Below are positions 49,881 to 58,450 of a stretch of 61,944 bases of DNA, one piece after another. Where the stretch lies: the IMG/VR virus record IMGVR_UViG_3300031555_010392, positions 64,001-125,944 of that record; one strand, given 5' to 3'. The stretch is from a virus. Its lineage: Duplodnaviria; Heunggongvirae; Uroviricota; Caudoviricetes. A model generated the notes under the pieces. It made no database searches. It was not told the origin of the DNA and saw only the letters and a list, made by a program, of their open reading frames with translations. Every line of letters begins with the position of its first letter. Positions within the stretch are counted from its first letter, which is position 1. The position numbers and the translations under genes are program-made.

Positions 49881-51677
49881 ATGGCTTTTTTAGGAAACGA
49901 AGCATTGCAACGACTTTGGGCGCACACGATCTCAAGGATCAGCTCGAAGGCCGATGAGATAAAAACATGGGTATCACAACAAAAAGTAAGCGCGTTTGAA
50001 AACGATGCTGGGTATCTGACTGAGCACCAGGACATCAGCGGCAAACTGGACGCGGACAAACTGCCAGAGGCTATCAACAACGCTCTTGCTCAGGCGGCGG
50101 AATCTGGGGAGTTTAATGGGGAACCGGGTTATTCGCCGGTGCGCGGAACGGACTACTGGACACCTGCCGATCAGGAAGCAATCACGGAGGAAGTCAGTAA
50201 TCAGCTATCTTTGGAGATTGGGGTCGTGCCAGAATACGTCAAGGCTGAAGCGGAATCTGTGATCGAGCGTGTGAGTGCCGCGCAGGCTGGCAGGACGTTC
50301 ACCTTTGCGGCAATCACTGATTTGCACTATGGCAACGGCGGTTATACGGACGGCGTACTGCATTCATGTCAGGCTCTCAAATACATTGACGAGCGGCTGA
50401 AACTGGATGCTGTGGCTGTGCTGGGTGACTACACTGACGGATATCCTGCGGACGGGCTGGCGAATGCGTTCGGTGATTTCCGTGCTGTAAATGCAGTGCT
50501 GAATGATCTGCGGTTTGCGCCGAATCTGCGCACTCAAGGCAATCATGACTACTATGCAGACAATGCGCCAAAAATCCGCAGGCACATCCAGGCGTACTCC
50601 GAGGATGTTGTATGGGGCGATATTGCTGGCGGCTACTACCACAAGGATTTCGATGCGTACAAGCTGCGTGTTATTGTCCTCAACACTACCGAGACAGGGA
50701 ATGCAAACATTGACTGCACGACCGCACAGTATCAGTGGTTTGCAGACACACTCGACCTGAGCGCCAAAGAAGACGCTGAAGAATGGCAAATCCTTGTTCT
50801 GTCCCATCATCCGCTGGACTGGTATCACATTGATGAAAGCTATGCGCTTGCCAGAATCGCCAACGCCTATCGTGAGGGAACAGCCTATTCCATCACCGGA
50901 GTTTCCTGCGATTTCTCCGACGGCAAAAATGCTGCTGTACTTATCGGCAACATTCACGGCCATATCCACAATCTGCTTGTGGACAAGGTGCATATCGGCA
51001 ATGTGGTAAACGGCGTTAAGAGCGAGGTAGACCGTATGGCAACGCCCGAATCCTGCATCAACCGTGCGAACCAGTACACGGGCGCATGGCAGGAAGAAAC
51101 GAGCTATCACAAGACCATCGGCACGGCAGAAGATACGTCATTTGTGATCTACTGCATTGACCTCGACACCTACACGATACAGGCTGTGTGCTATGGCGCA
51201 GGCTATGACAGGACACTGACGTATTATGTGGCTAAAAACGGATATACAAATCAGATCCCTATTTCCGTTGATTCCGCCGGTGCTGTGTATAACGGGACGG
51301 GATACAAGGCCGATTACCGTTTAAACTCATCGGGCACAGAAACGGAACTTGCTGGTACGGGTGTTACCGGCTTTATTCCGGTCAAGCGACTTGATGTAGT
51401 GCGGATGGAAAACATTTCCTACAAGCCCGGTGTCGATAGTACTGGCGACTATATTGCACTGTATGATTCCGACTTTACGAAAACGGTAACAATCAAGTCT
51501 CCATATGTTGCATCTCATGACTATGTACTCGGCTCCAGGGTGCTGGATGATGACGGCAACTTGATTCAGTTTACAATGTCCGACAGCGCAGACGCTGGCC
51601 ATGCGTATATGCGAGTATCTTGCGCTGGCCTTGGCGCTGAATCGATCATCACAGTGAACGAGGAGATCACAGAATAA
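49881..51677 (+). CDS. Tail-fibre N-terminus fused to a metallophosphoesterase and a C-terminal beta domain
   Basis: TEHQDISGK and GYSPVRGTDYWT fibre motifs; ITDLHY, LGDYTDG, GNHD, SHHP and GHIH. Confidence 0.8.
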   Translation: MAFLGNEALQRLWAHTISRISSKADEIKTWVSQQKVSAFENDAGYLTEHQDISGKLDADKLPEAINNALAQAAESGEFNGEPGYSPVRGTDYWTPADQEAITEEVSNQLSLEIGVVPEYVKAEAESVIERVSAAQAGRTFTFAAITDLHYGNGGYTDGVLHSCQALKYIDERLKLDAVAVLGDYTDGYPADGLANAFGDFRAVNAVLNDLRFAPNLRTQGNHDYYADNAPKIRRHIQAYSEDVVWGDIAGGYYHKDFDAYKLRVIVLNTTETGNANIDCTTAQYQWFADTLDLSAKEDAEEWQILVLSHHPLDWYHIDESYALARIANAYREGTAYSITGVSCDFSDGKNAAVLIGNIHGHIHNLLVDKVHIGNVVNGVKSEVDRMATPESCINRANQYTGAWQEETSYHKTIGTAEDTSFVIYCIDLDTYTIQAVCYGAGYDRTLTYYVAKNGYTNQIPISVDSAGAVYNGTGYKADYRLNSSGTETELAGTGVTGFIPVKRLDVVRMENISYKPGVDSTGDYIALYDSDFTKTVTIKSPYVASHDYVLGSRVLDDDGNLIQFTMSDSADAGHAYMRVSCAGLGAESIITVNEEITE

Positions 51678-51716
51678 CTATCAGGAATGATTGTGACGTA
51701 AGGAGGTACGCTTGTG

Positions 51717-51803
51717 ATGAGCTTATGGCATTTGGTGTGGATCATCCCGCTGTCGGGTGGTATTGGGTTATTCGCTGCGGCTATTTTAAAAATGAGCGAT
51801 TGA
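51717..51803 (+). CDS. Small 28 aa membrane peptide (not in the ORF track)
   Basis: RBS AAGGAGG; MSLWHLVWIIPLSGGIGLFAAAILKMSD. Confidence 0.45.
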   Translation: MSLWHLVWIIPLSGGIGLFAAAILKMSD

Positions 51804-51855
51804 ATTATATGTTTATTTTGGATTAACGATAACGCACGGTGAAAAGGGTGAGTGT

Positions 51856-52758
51856 ATGATAACAGGACAGCAATTGGCGCAAATGGGCGTCGAATTGGCG
51901 ACTGGCAAGCGTATTGATTATGATGATGTAGACTGCCAAGCTTTTGTGGAGTTGATATTTGACGAGTGCGGGAAGGACATTAGTTATTCTGGCAGCAATG
52001 ATATGTACCGCAATGCGTGCAGTTGGATAGGGACAATTGAAGAAGCAAAAAGAATTGGCTATCTCGTTCCAGGGGTAGCCCTTTTCATCCATTCTTTTAA
52101 CGGTGGTGAACCAGAGAAATATCGCAAGGATGGAAAGGGTAACGCAGAACATGTAGGCCTTTACGTTGGAGAAAATGCTCTGGAAGACACTGATAAAAAT
52201 GGGGAGTGGAGAATTTGCAATGTTGTTCATTCTTCTGCGTCTATGGATCGTGTTGCTGGGTCTACACTAAAAAATGGATGGACACATGTTGGATTATGGA
52301 AACAAATCGATTATGGTATCCAGATCCAAAACAGTGAAAATGGCATATTGGAGAATTCCATGATTGGAGATGAAAAAATGGCAATTGAAGAGAGTTTTAT
52401 TTATGCGACTGTAAAGACAGCAAATGGTAGCCCCTTGAATTTCCGCACCAAGAAAAGCACAAAAGCTGATTTAGTGGCGCGTGTGCCGGAAATCACCAAT
52501 GGAGCTCGTGTGAAAGTATTGCGCGATGACGGTGATTGGTGCAAAATTTCCTACAATGGCTATAACGGTTATGTTTTAAGCGAGTTCCTTAACTTTGCTA
52601 ATACTGTTAAGGAAGAGGCAGAGTGGGTAGATCAGACAATTGGCGATATGGATGATAAAGCAAAATTCTACCGCGTCTATGTTGATTTTACTACAAAGGA
52701 TGAGGCTCTTGTTTTCCAAAAAGCTATGCAAGGGTGCCAAGTAGGTTCAGTAAAATAA
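51856..52758 (+). CDS. Endolysin: NlpC/P60-like (papain-fold) catalytic domain + SH3b
   Basis: DCQAFVE...HVGLY catalytic Cys/His; LNFR...GARVKVL..DGDWCKISYNG..GYV. Confidence 0.8.
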   Translation: MITGQQLAQMGVELATGKRIDYDDVDCQAFVELIFDECGKDISYSGSNDMYRNACSWIGTIEEAKRIGYLVPGVALFIHSFNGGEPEKYRKDGKGNAEHVGLYVGENALEDTDKNGEWRICNVVHSSASMDRVAGSTLKNGWTHVGLWKQIDYGIQIQNSENGILENSMIGDEKMAIEESFIYATVKTANGSPLNFRTKKSTKADLVARVPEITNGARVKVLRDDGDWCKISYNGYNGYVLSEFLNFANTVKEEAEWVDQTIGDMDDKAKFYRVYVDFTTKDEALVFQKAMQGCQVGSVK

Positions 52759-52771
52759 GAAAGATGGGTGA

Positions 52772-53317
52772 GTGGGAGTGGAAGAGGTGGTTAAATGGTT
52801 ATCAGGCTGTACTGATACCATGAAAGTTATAATTGAACTTGTCAAAGAAATTGGAATTGTTCTTGGTTTTTTGGGCACAGCGGTGTTATCATTTCGTAAA
52901 TGGGTGATGAAGCCACTGGAGGCCGCTATTGAAGAGCAGAAAAAGGCAACAGTGGAGCTGAAAACAGATTATGAAAATAAAAGAGACGAAGTGCTTAAAG
53001 AGGTCGCTGTGCTTAATGGGCGCATTATTGAGAATGACAAGAAAAGCGAAGAGCGTCATGAAAAACTTCGTGGTGAATTTAAATCTATGCGCTTGGAAAT
53101 GGGTACAATGCAGGACGATGTTGCTGACGTATTGGGTAATGAGCTCGAAAATGGGCACCACAAATTCATGACACAGGGTTGGTGTTCGCCTGCTGAAAAG
53201 CAACATTATGTTGATCTTCACAAGAGGTATGCAGCTCGTGGGCATAATCATTTGGCTCAACGCTACGAAGAAGATCTTTTAGAATTGCCGGATCATCCTC
53301 CACAGTATAACGGGTAA
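52772..53317 (+). CDS. Lysis-cassette membrane protein (one TM + coiled coil)
   Basis: IGIVLGFLGTAVL TM segment; C-terminal Y..RGHNH motif. Confidence 0.55.
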   Translation: MGVEEVVKWLSGCTDTMKVIIELVKEIGIVLGFLGTAVLSFRKWVMKPLEAAIEEQKKATVELKTDYENKRDEVLKEVAVLNGRIIENDKKSEERHEKLRGEFKSMRLEMGTMQDDVADVLGNELENGHHKFMTQGWCSPAEKQHYVDLHKRYAARGHNHLAQRYEEDLLELPDHPPQYNG

Positions 53318-53326
53318 GGTGATTTC

Positions 53327-53626
53327 ATGGCTGAAAAAACTGAAAAAATTGAAAATGTGAGCTGGCCAAAGACATCTGACAGGGAGTTTTCCAAGCGGAT
53401 GTTTATTATTTTTATGTGGGCATTTTTTGCTCATGTTATTTTTACAATCATTGCTGAGTGGCTGTTTAATGTAGGTGGAAAAGCAGTAGAAGTATTCAAA
53501 ATTTCAGTGCCAGTTTACACGACGATCTTTGCGGCAGTCATTGTTAAGGGTGGCGTAGAGAACGTGTTTAAGGGTCAAAATTTGAAACAAACTACTGTGA
53601 CTTCAACAACTGCTAACAATGGCTGA
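53327..53626 (+). CDS. Putative holin (two TM)
   Basis: Two hydrophobic segments; lysis cassette. Confidence 0.55.
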   Translation: MAEKTEKIENVSWPKTSDREFSKRMFIIFMWAFFAHVIFTIIAEWLFNVGGKAVEVFKISVPVYTTIFAAVIVKGGVENVFKGQNLKQTTVTSTTANNG

Positions 53627-53643
53627 TGGGAGATGAATAGAAA

Positions 53644-54078
53644 ATGGAATGGTATTATGTTGTCGCAATTATTGCCGCTTTTGCGCTGTGTGTAGGTGGT
53701 TTTGTTTATCTGCGTAAGAAGGGTTATGTAAGTTCTGAACAGATGAACGGTCTTACAAATATTATTACTGGTCTTGCTACACTAGTTGGCGAATTAACTA
53801 AGAAAAATCAGAATGGCGCTACTGACATTCTTTACAATGTAGTAACACTTGTTCAGCAGGCTGTACTTGCGGCTGAGAATGACTGGTATAATAATAAAAT
53901 CAGCAAGGAAGAGCGCAGAGAGCGCTGTATGGATGAATTATATAAGTTGCTTGCTGCTTATGATATTGTACTGACAGATTCTCAGTGGAATGTAGTGGAT
54001 ATTTTGGTTCGAGCCGCTTGCGAAGCGATTGGGCATACCACTGAAATTGAAAACCTTGCTGAGGTAACGGCAGAATAA
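53644..54078 (+). CDS. LL-H-like holin
   Basis: N-terminal TM; AVLAAE...K...IDxLVxAAC-type pattern. Confidence 0.55.
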   Translation: MEWYYVVAIIAAFALCVGGFVYLRKKGYVSSEQMNGLTNIITGLATLVGELTKKNQNGATDILYNVVTLVQQAVLAAENDWYNNKISKEERRERCMDELYKLLAAYDIVLTDSQWNVVDILVRAACEAIGHTTEIENLAEVTAE

Positions 54079-54100
54079 GTTAGCATGAAAGCGTATTTTA

Positions 54101-54151
54101 ACCCTCCAGATGAGCATACTTTATGTATGAATTCAATGGAGGGTATTTTTT
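54101..54151 (+). terminator. Hairpin ending the late operon and overlapping the next RBS
   Basis: ACCCTCCA/TGGAGGGT followed by ATTTTTT. Confidence 0.6.
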
Positions 54152-54505
54152 ATGGAAAATAAACGCATGGGGAGAAAGCCAGATTCAGTAGTTGCTGCTG
54201 AACGCGGGATTTCTCTTGAAGAGCTTAGAGCTGAAAGAAGAGAGCGCCTAAGAGCGAAAAATGAAAAACATGAAGAGCTTCCAGATCACAAGAAGGATTT
54301 CTACGATTATTTTGACACAGAAATAAATGACATTGCATCAGCCATAGAAGAGTGTCGTGGCAAAATGGAACGATTGATTAAATGCCGCACTCATGAGCAA
54401 AAGCTAAACTATCTGTGCAAGCAATTCGTGGACGAAATCAAAAAGGTTGGGTTGGATCACGAGATCGCGCTTGGGAGAGCGAGAAGATTATTTGAAGAGA
54501 AATAA
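54152..54505 (+). CDS. Small charged helical hypothetical protein
   Basis: 117 aa; RBS GGAGG. Confidence 0.6.
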   Translation: MENKRMGRKPDSVVAAERGISLEELRAERRERLRAKNEKHEELPDHKKDFYDYFDTEINDIASAIEECRGKMERLIKCRTHEQKLNYLCKQFVDEIKKVGLDHEIALGRARRLFEEK

Positions 54506-54548
54506 AAAAGAGGATGATGTCCAAATAGCTGGGCACCATCCTCTTTTT
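54505..54548. terminator. Bidirectional terminator between converging arms
   Basis: AAAAAGAGGATG/CATCCTCTTTTT. Confidence 0.75.
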
Positions 54549-54601
54549 TATGGCAAAGAAAAAGGGCCATGCCATTTGGCACAGCCCTGTAAGTTAAGGA
54601 T

Positions 54602-55105
54602 CTACGTCGTCATCCTTTTCTCATCCTTTTCAATGTTGCTTGCAAGAAGATTTTTTGCACGGATGTATTTCTCCATGCGATTAAAATCTTTTGTGGTTAG
54701 TTCACGAGATAGGCGAGAGGTGTCAAGATTGTGAGCGAGATCTGCGTACTTGACCAATTTGGCCTCCAAACTATTGCTCTCGGCAATAGCGGAAATATAG
54801 TCCATATAGGGAATATGGCGCTTATGGGTGAGTAGCTTCAGTGCTACAATGACTTCATGTGAGAAGCCTTGCAATGTGAGATCCTTTAATGCGCATGGAG
54901 GATTATCCTCAAAGACGTCGTGCAGAAGAGCGACAATGATGGTATCTTCACGCTGTTTATCGCTGGTATAGCCAAGATGGTTACATGTGTGGGCTACAGT
55001 GAGAGGGTGAAGGATATAAGGATAACCACCCTTGTCGTACTGCCCGCGATGCGCAGCTTCTGCCATACACATGGCTTGCTTGATGAGAGGGGTATAGGGG
55101 AGCAA
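54602..55105 (-). CDS. HD-domain hydrolase of the RelA/SpoT hydrolase (SAH/Mesh1-like) type
   Basis: AH.GQ.DKGG.PYI.HP, ALLHDVFED and VKYADLAHN. Confidence 0.8.
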   Translation of the reverse strand: MLPYTPLIKQAMCMAEAAHRGQYDKGGYPYILHPLTVAHTCNHLGYTSDKQREDTIIVALLHDVFEDNPPCALKDLTLQGFSHEVIVALKLLTHKRHIPYMDYISAIAESNSLEAKLVKYADLAHNLDTSRLSRELTTKDFNRMEKYIRAKNLLASNIEKDEKRMTT

Positions 55106-55119
55106 AGAGTATTCCTCCT

Positions 55120-55572
55120 TTATGCTTTGCCAGTGGAGCCAAAGCCTCCTGTACGTTCGGTAGTTGTATCGTCGTCATCCATAATGAAGTAGGGGACAAT
55201 CATACCCTGAGCAATGCGATCACCTTGATTGATTAAAAAAGGTGCCAACCCATCATTGGCAAGCATGACGCCAATATTACCGTCATTTTTAGGGTTGGAA
55301 TAATAATCGGCATCAACCCACCCTTGAGTGTTTGCTAAGCAAATACGATGCTTGCCCATACTGCTACGTACATTGATAATCAAAGCGGCATTGTCAGGGA
55401 TTTTTGCTTTTACATCTGTCCAGATCATCTGCATTGTACCGGGTTCAATACAATATTCAGAGGGAGAATGAAAGTCATAAGCGCAGGCATTTTTGGTAGC
55501 TCGCTTGGGGAGTTTAATTTCTACATCTGGGTGCTTACGGTACTCGTCTGCAACAACTTCAAAACGTTTCAT
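55120..55572 (-). CDS. dut: dUTPase (trimeric)
   Basis: AYDF, RSSMG, GWVDADY, RIAQG and RTGGFGSTG. Confidence 0.95.
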   Translation of the reverse strand: MKRFEVVADEYRKHPDVEIKLPKRATKNACAYDFHSPSEYCIEPGTMQMIWTDVKAKIPDNAALIINVRSSMGKHRICLANTQGWVDADYYSNPKNDGNIGVMLANDGLAPFLINQGDRIAQGMIVPYFIMDDDDTTTERTGGFGSTGKA

Positions 55573-55817
55573 TCCTCATCGTCCTCCTCGTCATCTTCAT
55601 CCTCTTCATAGTCTTCACGGTACTCCACTTCTGCCATGCTGTCAACCTCTCCGGGGGTGTAAATTGATGTGCCGCAATTGTCACAATGGAAACTTTCACA
55701 GCAGAAGTTTTCGAGGTCGATTACACCTGTGGGTGCGTTCATATCCAGGACAGAACTGCCAATGATTAGGTGTCCACACTGAGGACATGTACATGCGAGA
55801 TGATATTCATTAGTCAT
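55569..55817 (-). CDS. Small Zn-ribbon protein with acidic tail
   Basis: CPQC and CDNC pairs. Confidence 0.55.
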   Translation of the reverse strand: MTNEYHLACTCPQCGHLIIGSSVLDMNAPTGVIDLENFCCESFHCDNCGTSIYTPGEVDSMAEVEYREDYEEDEDDEEDDEE

Positions 55818-56004
55818 TGCTTTGTTTGCTCCTCTTTAGATTATTGAATCCTTCTGTGATAAGCCTTAAAATGTAGCAGGCAAGCGCGATTCCATATGAA
55901 AAGTGGCTAATAGTTGGAGAAAGCAAGTTCATAATGGCGCATAACGTCCAACAACCGGCCAGAATAAGATCCATGCAAGCAAGCGTTTTATAATGTTTTT
56001 TCAT
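55810..56004 (-). CDS. Small two-TM membrane protein
   Basis: Two hydrophobic segments. Confidence 0.5.
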   Translation of the reverse strand: MKKHYKTLACMDLILAGCWTLCAIMNLLSPTISHFSYGIALACYILRLITEGFNNLKRSKQSND

Positions 56005-56204
56005 TCGTTTTCTTCCTCCGCTTCACAATCTTTATAATACAGCGCTTCACCACAGAAGCCACTTTCCTGTTTCTCTCTAAAGGCTTTACAGGGGCATTTC
56101 CATTCTTCCGTCTTAGGCATACCGAGGCAGAAGCCATTGTTTTTCTTGATCATTTTCTTTTTCTTTTTGAAGTATTCAGTATCGGGGTTGGGGCGAATAA
56201 TCAT
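56001..56204 (-). CDS. Ferredoxin-thioredoxin reductase catalytic-chain-like small protein (degenerate)
   Basis: NNGFC...KCPCKAFRE..SGFC..ALYYK. Confidence 0.6.
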   Translation of the reverse strand: MIIRPNPDTEYFKKKKKMIKKNNGFCLGMPKTEEWKCPCKAFREKQESGFCGEALYYKDCEAEEENE

Positions 56205-56216
56205 AGTAGGCTCCTC

Positions 56217-56537
56217 TCAATAAACGCGGTATAGAATATCGTTGTTATAGACTGCATTACACAAACGTTTAAGCAGTTTTTCCTTTTCTTCTACGGGGAG
56301 AGGAGTATGAGACACGATCATTCTCATGGCATTGGGCAAGCCCATCCAATCGTGATAATTGCTGGCTTCAAGATGATCTTCTAGGGTTTTCACATAGCCA
56401 GGGAAGCCTTCTTCTTGAAGTTCTGGGTCATCTTTTGCCCAACGTTCCCAGCCTTTTGCTAAATCAGGAAGCTTATCAGCGGGACATGGATCATTGGATT
56501 GGTCATATGGGAAATTGGAAGTAATGTTATCGGTCAT
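56217..56537 (-). CDS. Hypothetical protein
   Basis: 106 aa ORF coupled to nrdG. Confidence 0.55.
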   Translation of the reverse strand: MTDNITSNFPYDQSNDPCPADKLPDLAKGWERWAKDDPELQEEGFPGYVKTLEDHLEASNYHDWMGLPNAMRMIVSHTPLPVEEKEKLLKRLCNAVYNNDILYRVY

Positions 56538-57097
56538 GCTGGATTATCCTCCTGTGTGTGGTGAATTACGATCTCTCCTTTTTCAAGACTCTTTTGTACG
56601 TCGATAATTCTTTGGTTAGAACTGCCTCGGAAACGGAGGGTTTTATTTGCCATGGATTGAATAAAGGGCCCATCTACGAGCACATTGGTAAGAAGTAAAA
56701 TAGGGTGGATAAACAGATTTGAAGCATTGTATAGCTCTCCAAAAGTGGCTCCAGTATAGATCCATATATTATATTTTGTGCGGTTTTTGACACGGGCATG
56801 GATTTCTTCAAGGAGGTGTGTTAAGAAGAAGAAGGTTTTTTCAGGGCAAAAAAACGGGTCTCCACCAGATAGGGTAATTCCCTTTAAGAAGGGGCGTTTA
56901 ACGATTTCTTCTGCGATATTTTCAATTGTTTGTGTGGTAATTGGAACACCAAAATTGGGGTCGTGGGATTCAGGATTGTGGCAACCAGGGCAGTTGTGAG
57001 GGCAACCACTAAGATAGATAGTTGCCCTCACGCCCTCGCCATCTACCAGACTCTCATAATTGACCCCTGCTAAATAGGGGTATAGAGTAGTAGACAA
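56534..57097 (-). CDS. nrdG: Anaerobic ribonucleotide reductase activase (radical SAM)
   Basis: SLVDGEGVR, GCPHNCPGCHN, TLSGGDPF and FRGSSNQR. Confidence 0.95.
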   Translation of the reverse strand: MSTTLYPYLAGVNYESLVDGEGVRATIYLSGCPHNCPGCHNPESHDPNFGVPITTQTIENIAEEIVKRPFLKGITLSGGDPFFCPEKTFFFLTHLLEEIHARVKNRTKYNIWIYTGATFGELYNASNLFIHPILLLTNVLVDGPFIQSMANKTLRFRGSSNQRIIDVQKSLEKGEIVIHHTQEDNPA

Positions 57098-57112
57098 AGA
57101 GTATAAGCCTCC

Positions 57113-57592
57113 TTAAACAGGCGTGTATGCAGTATGTTTTACACGATCTTTAACTTCTGCCTGTTTGCCGTCATTAAAGCGACGATAATCTGAGCTAAGA
57201 TAGCCAGTTACACGGCGTAGCTGCGTGATATTCTGACTTTCACACTCAGGACATTCAGCATCAAATTCACTTTGATAGCCGCAGTCATTACAGGTGTCAA
57301 TAGGGAAGTTAAAAGCAAGATAGGGGATATCAAGATCCATGGCGTAATTGATGATTGCCTCAATTGCGTCAGGATTGTTCATAAAGGTAGATTCACATTC
57401 GATATATGTGATTGTGCCGCCAGTACAAAGCTTGGTGAAAGGCGCCTCGATACGAAGCTTTTCATAAATAGATACCTTTTCCCATACGGGTACATGGAAA
57501 GAGTTTGTAAGATATTCACGATCTGTTACATTGGGGATAACGCCATACTGATCACGGAGAACAGTTAGCGCAGTTCTGCAGAGATTCTCTGC
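57113..57592 (-). CDS. nrdD: Class III ribonucleotide reductase, exon 2
   Basis: Begins AENLC; Zn-site CNDC/CPEC and glycyl radical motif RRVTGYL. Confidence 0.93.
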   Translation of the reverse strand, partial: AENLCRTALTVLRDQYGVIPNVTDREYLTNSFHVPVWEKVSIYEKLRIEAPFTKLCTGGTITYIECESTFMNNPDAIEAIINYAMDLDIPYLAFNFPIDTCNDCGYQSEFDAECPECESQNITQLRRVTGYLSSDYRRFNDGKQAEVKDRVKHTAYTPV

Positions 57593-58450
57593 CACTTTGA
57601 CTATATTTTCATCCTTTTTATCAAAGGAGTCTGCTCTTTCGTCCAATAAAGGACTACTCTACTCACTCATTGGTTTTCGATAGTCGATTCACATTTACAA
57701 GACAAGTATTCTTCTTTAGTGCAATAACGGAAATAATAAGGCTTTCTAACGGGCCTTTTATATTTGCATTGACGGGAAATAGTTGTTTTTTCGATTCCAG
57801 TAGCCGAGTTAGCCTCGCAAATTGAACCCCAGATACCTAGAAGCTCATTTGTGTAACGGTCGAACATTTTGACTGGATGAGATTGAGAATCGTTAACTCC
57901 TTTGTCATTGATCATTAGACCGTCATCGACTGCTTTTTGTGTATTTTCTTGGGCGGTAGTCCAATATAAATTTTCCACCCTGTTATCACTTTTGATGTTG
58001 TTTTTATGTCCAACATAGGGAAGCTTATCTGGATTGGGGATAAAAGCTTCGGCGACAAGGCGATGAATTCTTCTGGAGACCAAACCCTTTTTGCCTTTAT
58101 ATTGAATACCGCAAGACATATACCCATAAACAGAGTTTAGAGCTTTTTTATAAAGGACTCTTGGATGATTGTTGCGATGCTCTATAGCATATACAGACCC
58201 GTCAATATCTATCCAATGCTCGTAAGCACCGCGAATTAGTTTTGCTGTTTTTGGTAGCTCTATATTTATTCACCTCTTTTTTTGTTTGTTTTACTTGTCT
58301 TGATTTAGCACAGGATTCCACAAAGGTTCCCTGTTAGCACTGCCGCAAGTCGCCATTTCCTGCGATTGACTTTCGCCCGGCAGCACACCCTTTAAGGTTA
58401 AGCAGATTTTTCATTGCATGTTACCATGCAAGCCCCCACAGAAAATTCTC
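57593..58450 (-). mobile_element. Group I intron in the nrdD finger loop, with HNH ORF
   Basis: P1 CCCCT/GGGGG with U.G. P10 intron GAGAATTTTCTGT pairs with exon GCAGAGAATCTC. R element AATCGACTATCG and S element AAAATATAGTC. Splicing gives YATP|AENLC. Confidence 0.95.
57667..58263 (-). CDS. Intron-encoded HNH homing endonuclease (NUMOD1-type C-terminus); probable ATA start
   Basis: IHRLVAEAF..VGHKNNIKSDNRVENLYW. The frame is open from ATA 58263, with RBS GAGGTG 7 nt upstream. Confidence 0.88.
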   Translation of the reverse strand: MELPKTAKLIRGAYEHWIDIDGSVYAIEHRNNHPRVLYKKALNSVYGYMSCGIQYKGKKGLVSRRIHRLVAEAFIPNPDKLPYVGHKNNIKSDNRVENLYWTTAQENTQKAVDDGLMINDKGVNDSQSHPVKMFDRYTNELLGIWGSICEANSATGIEKTTISRQCKYKRPVRKPYYFRYCTKEEYLSCKCESTIENQ

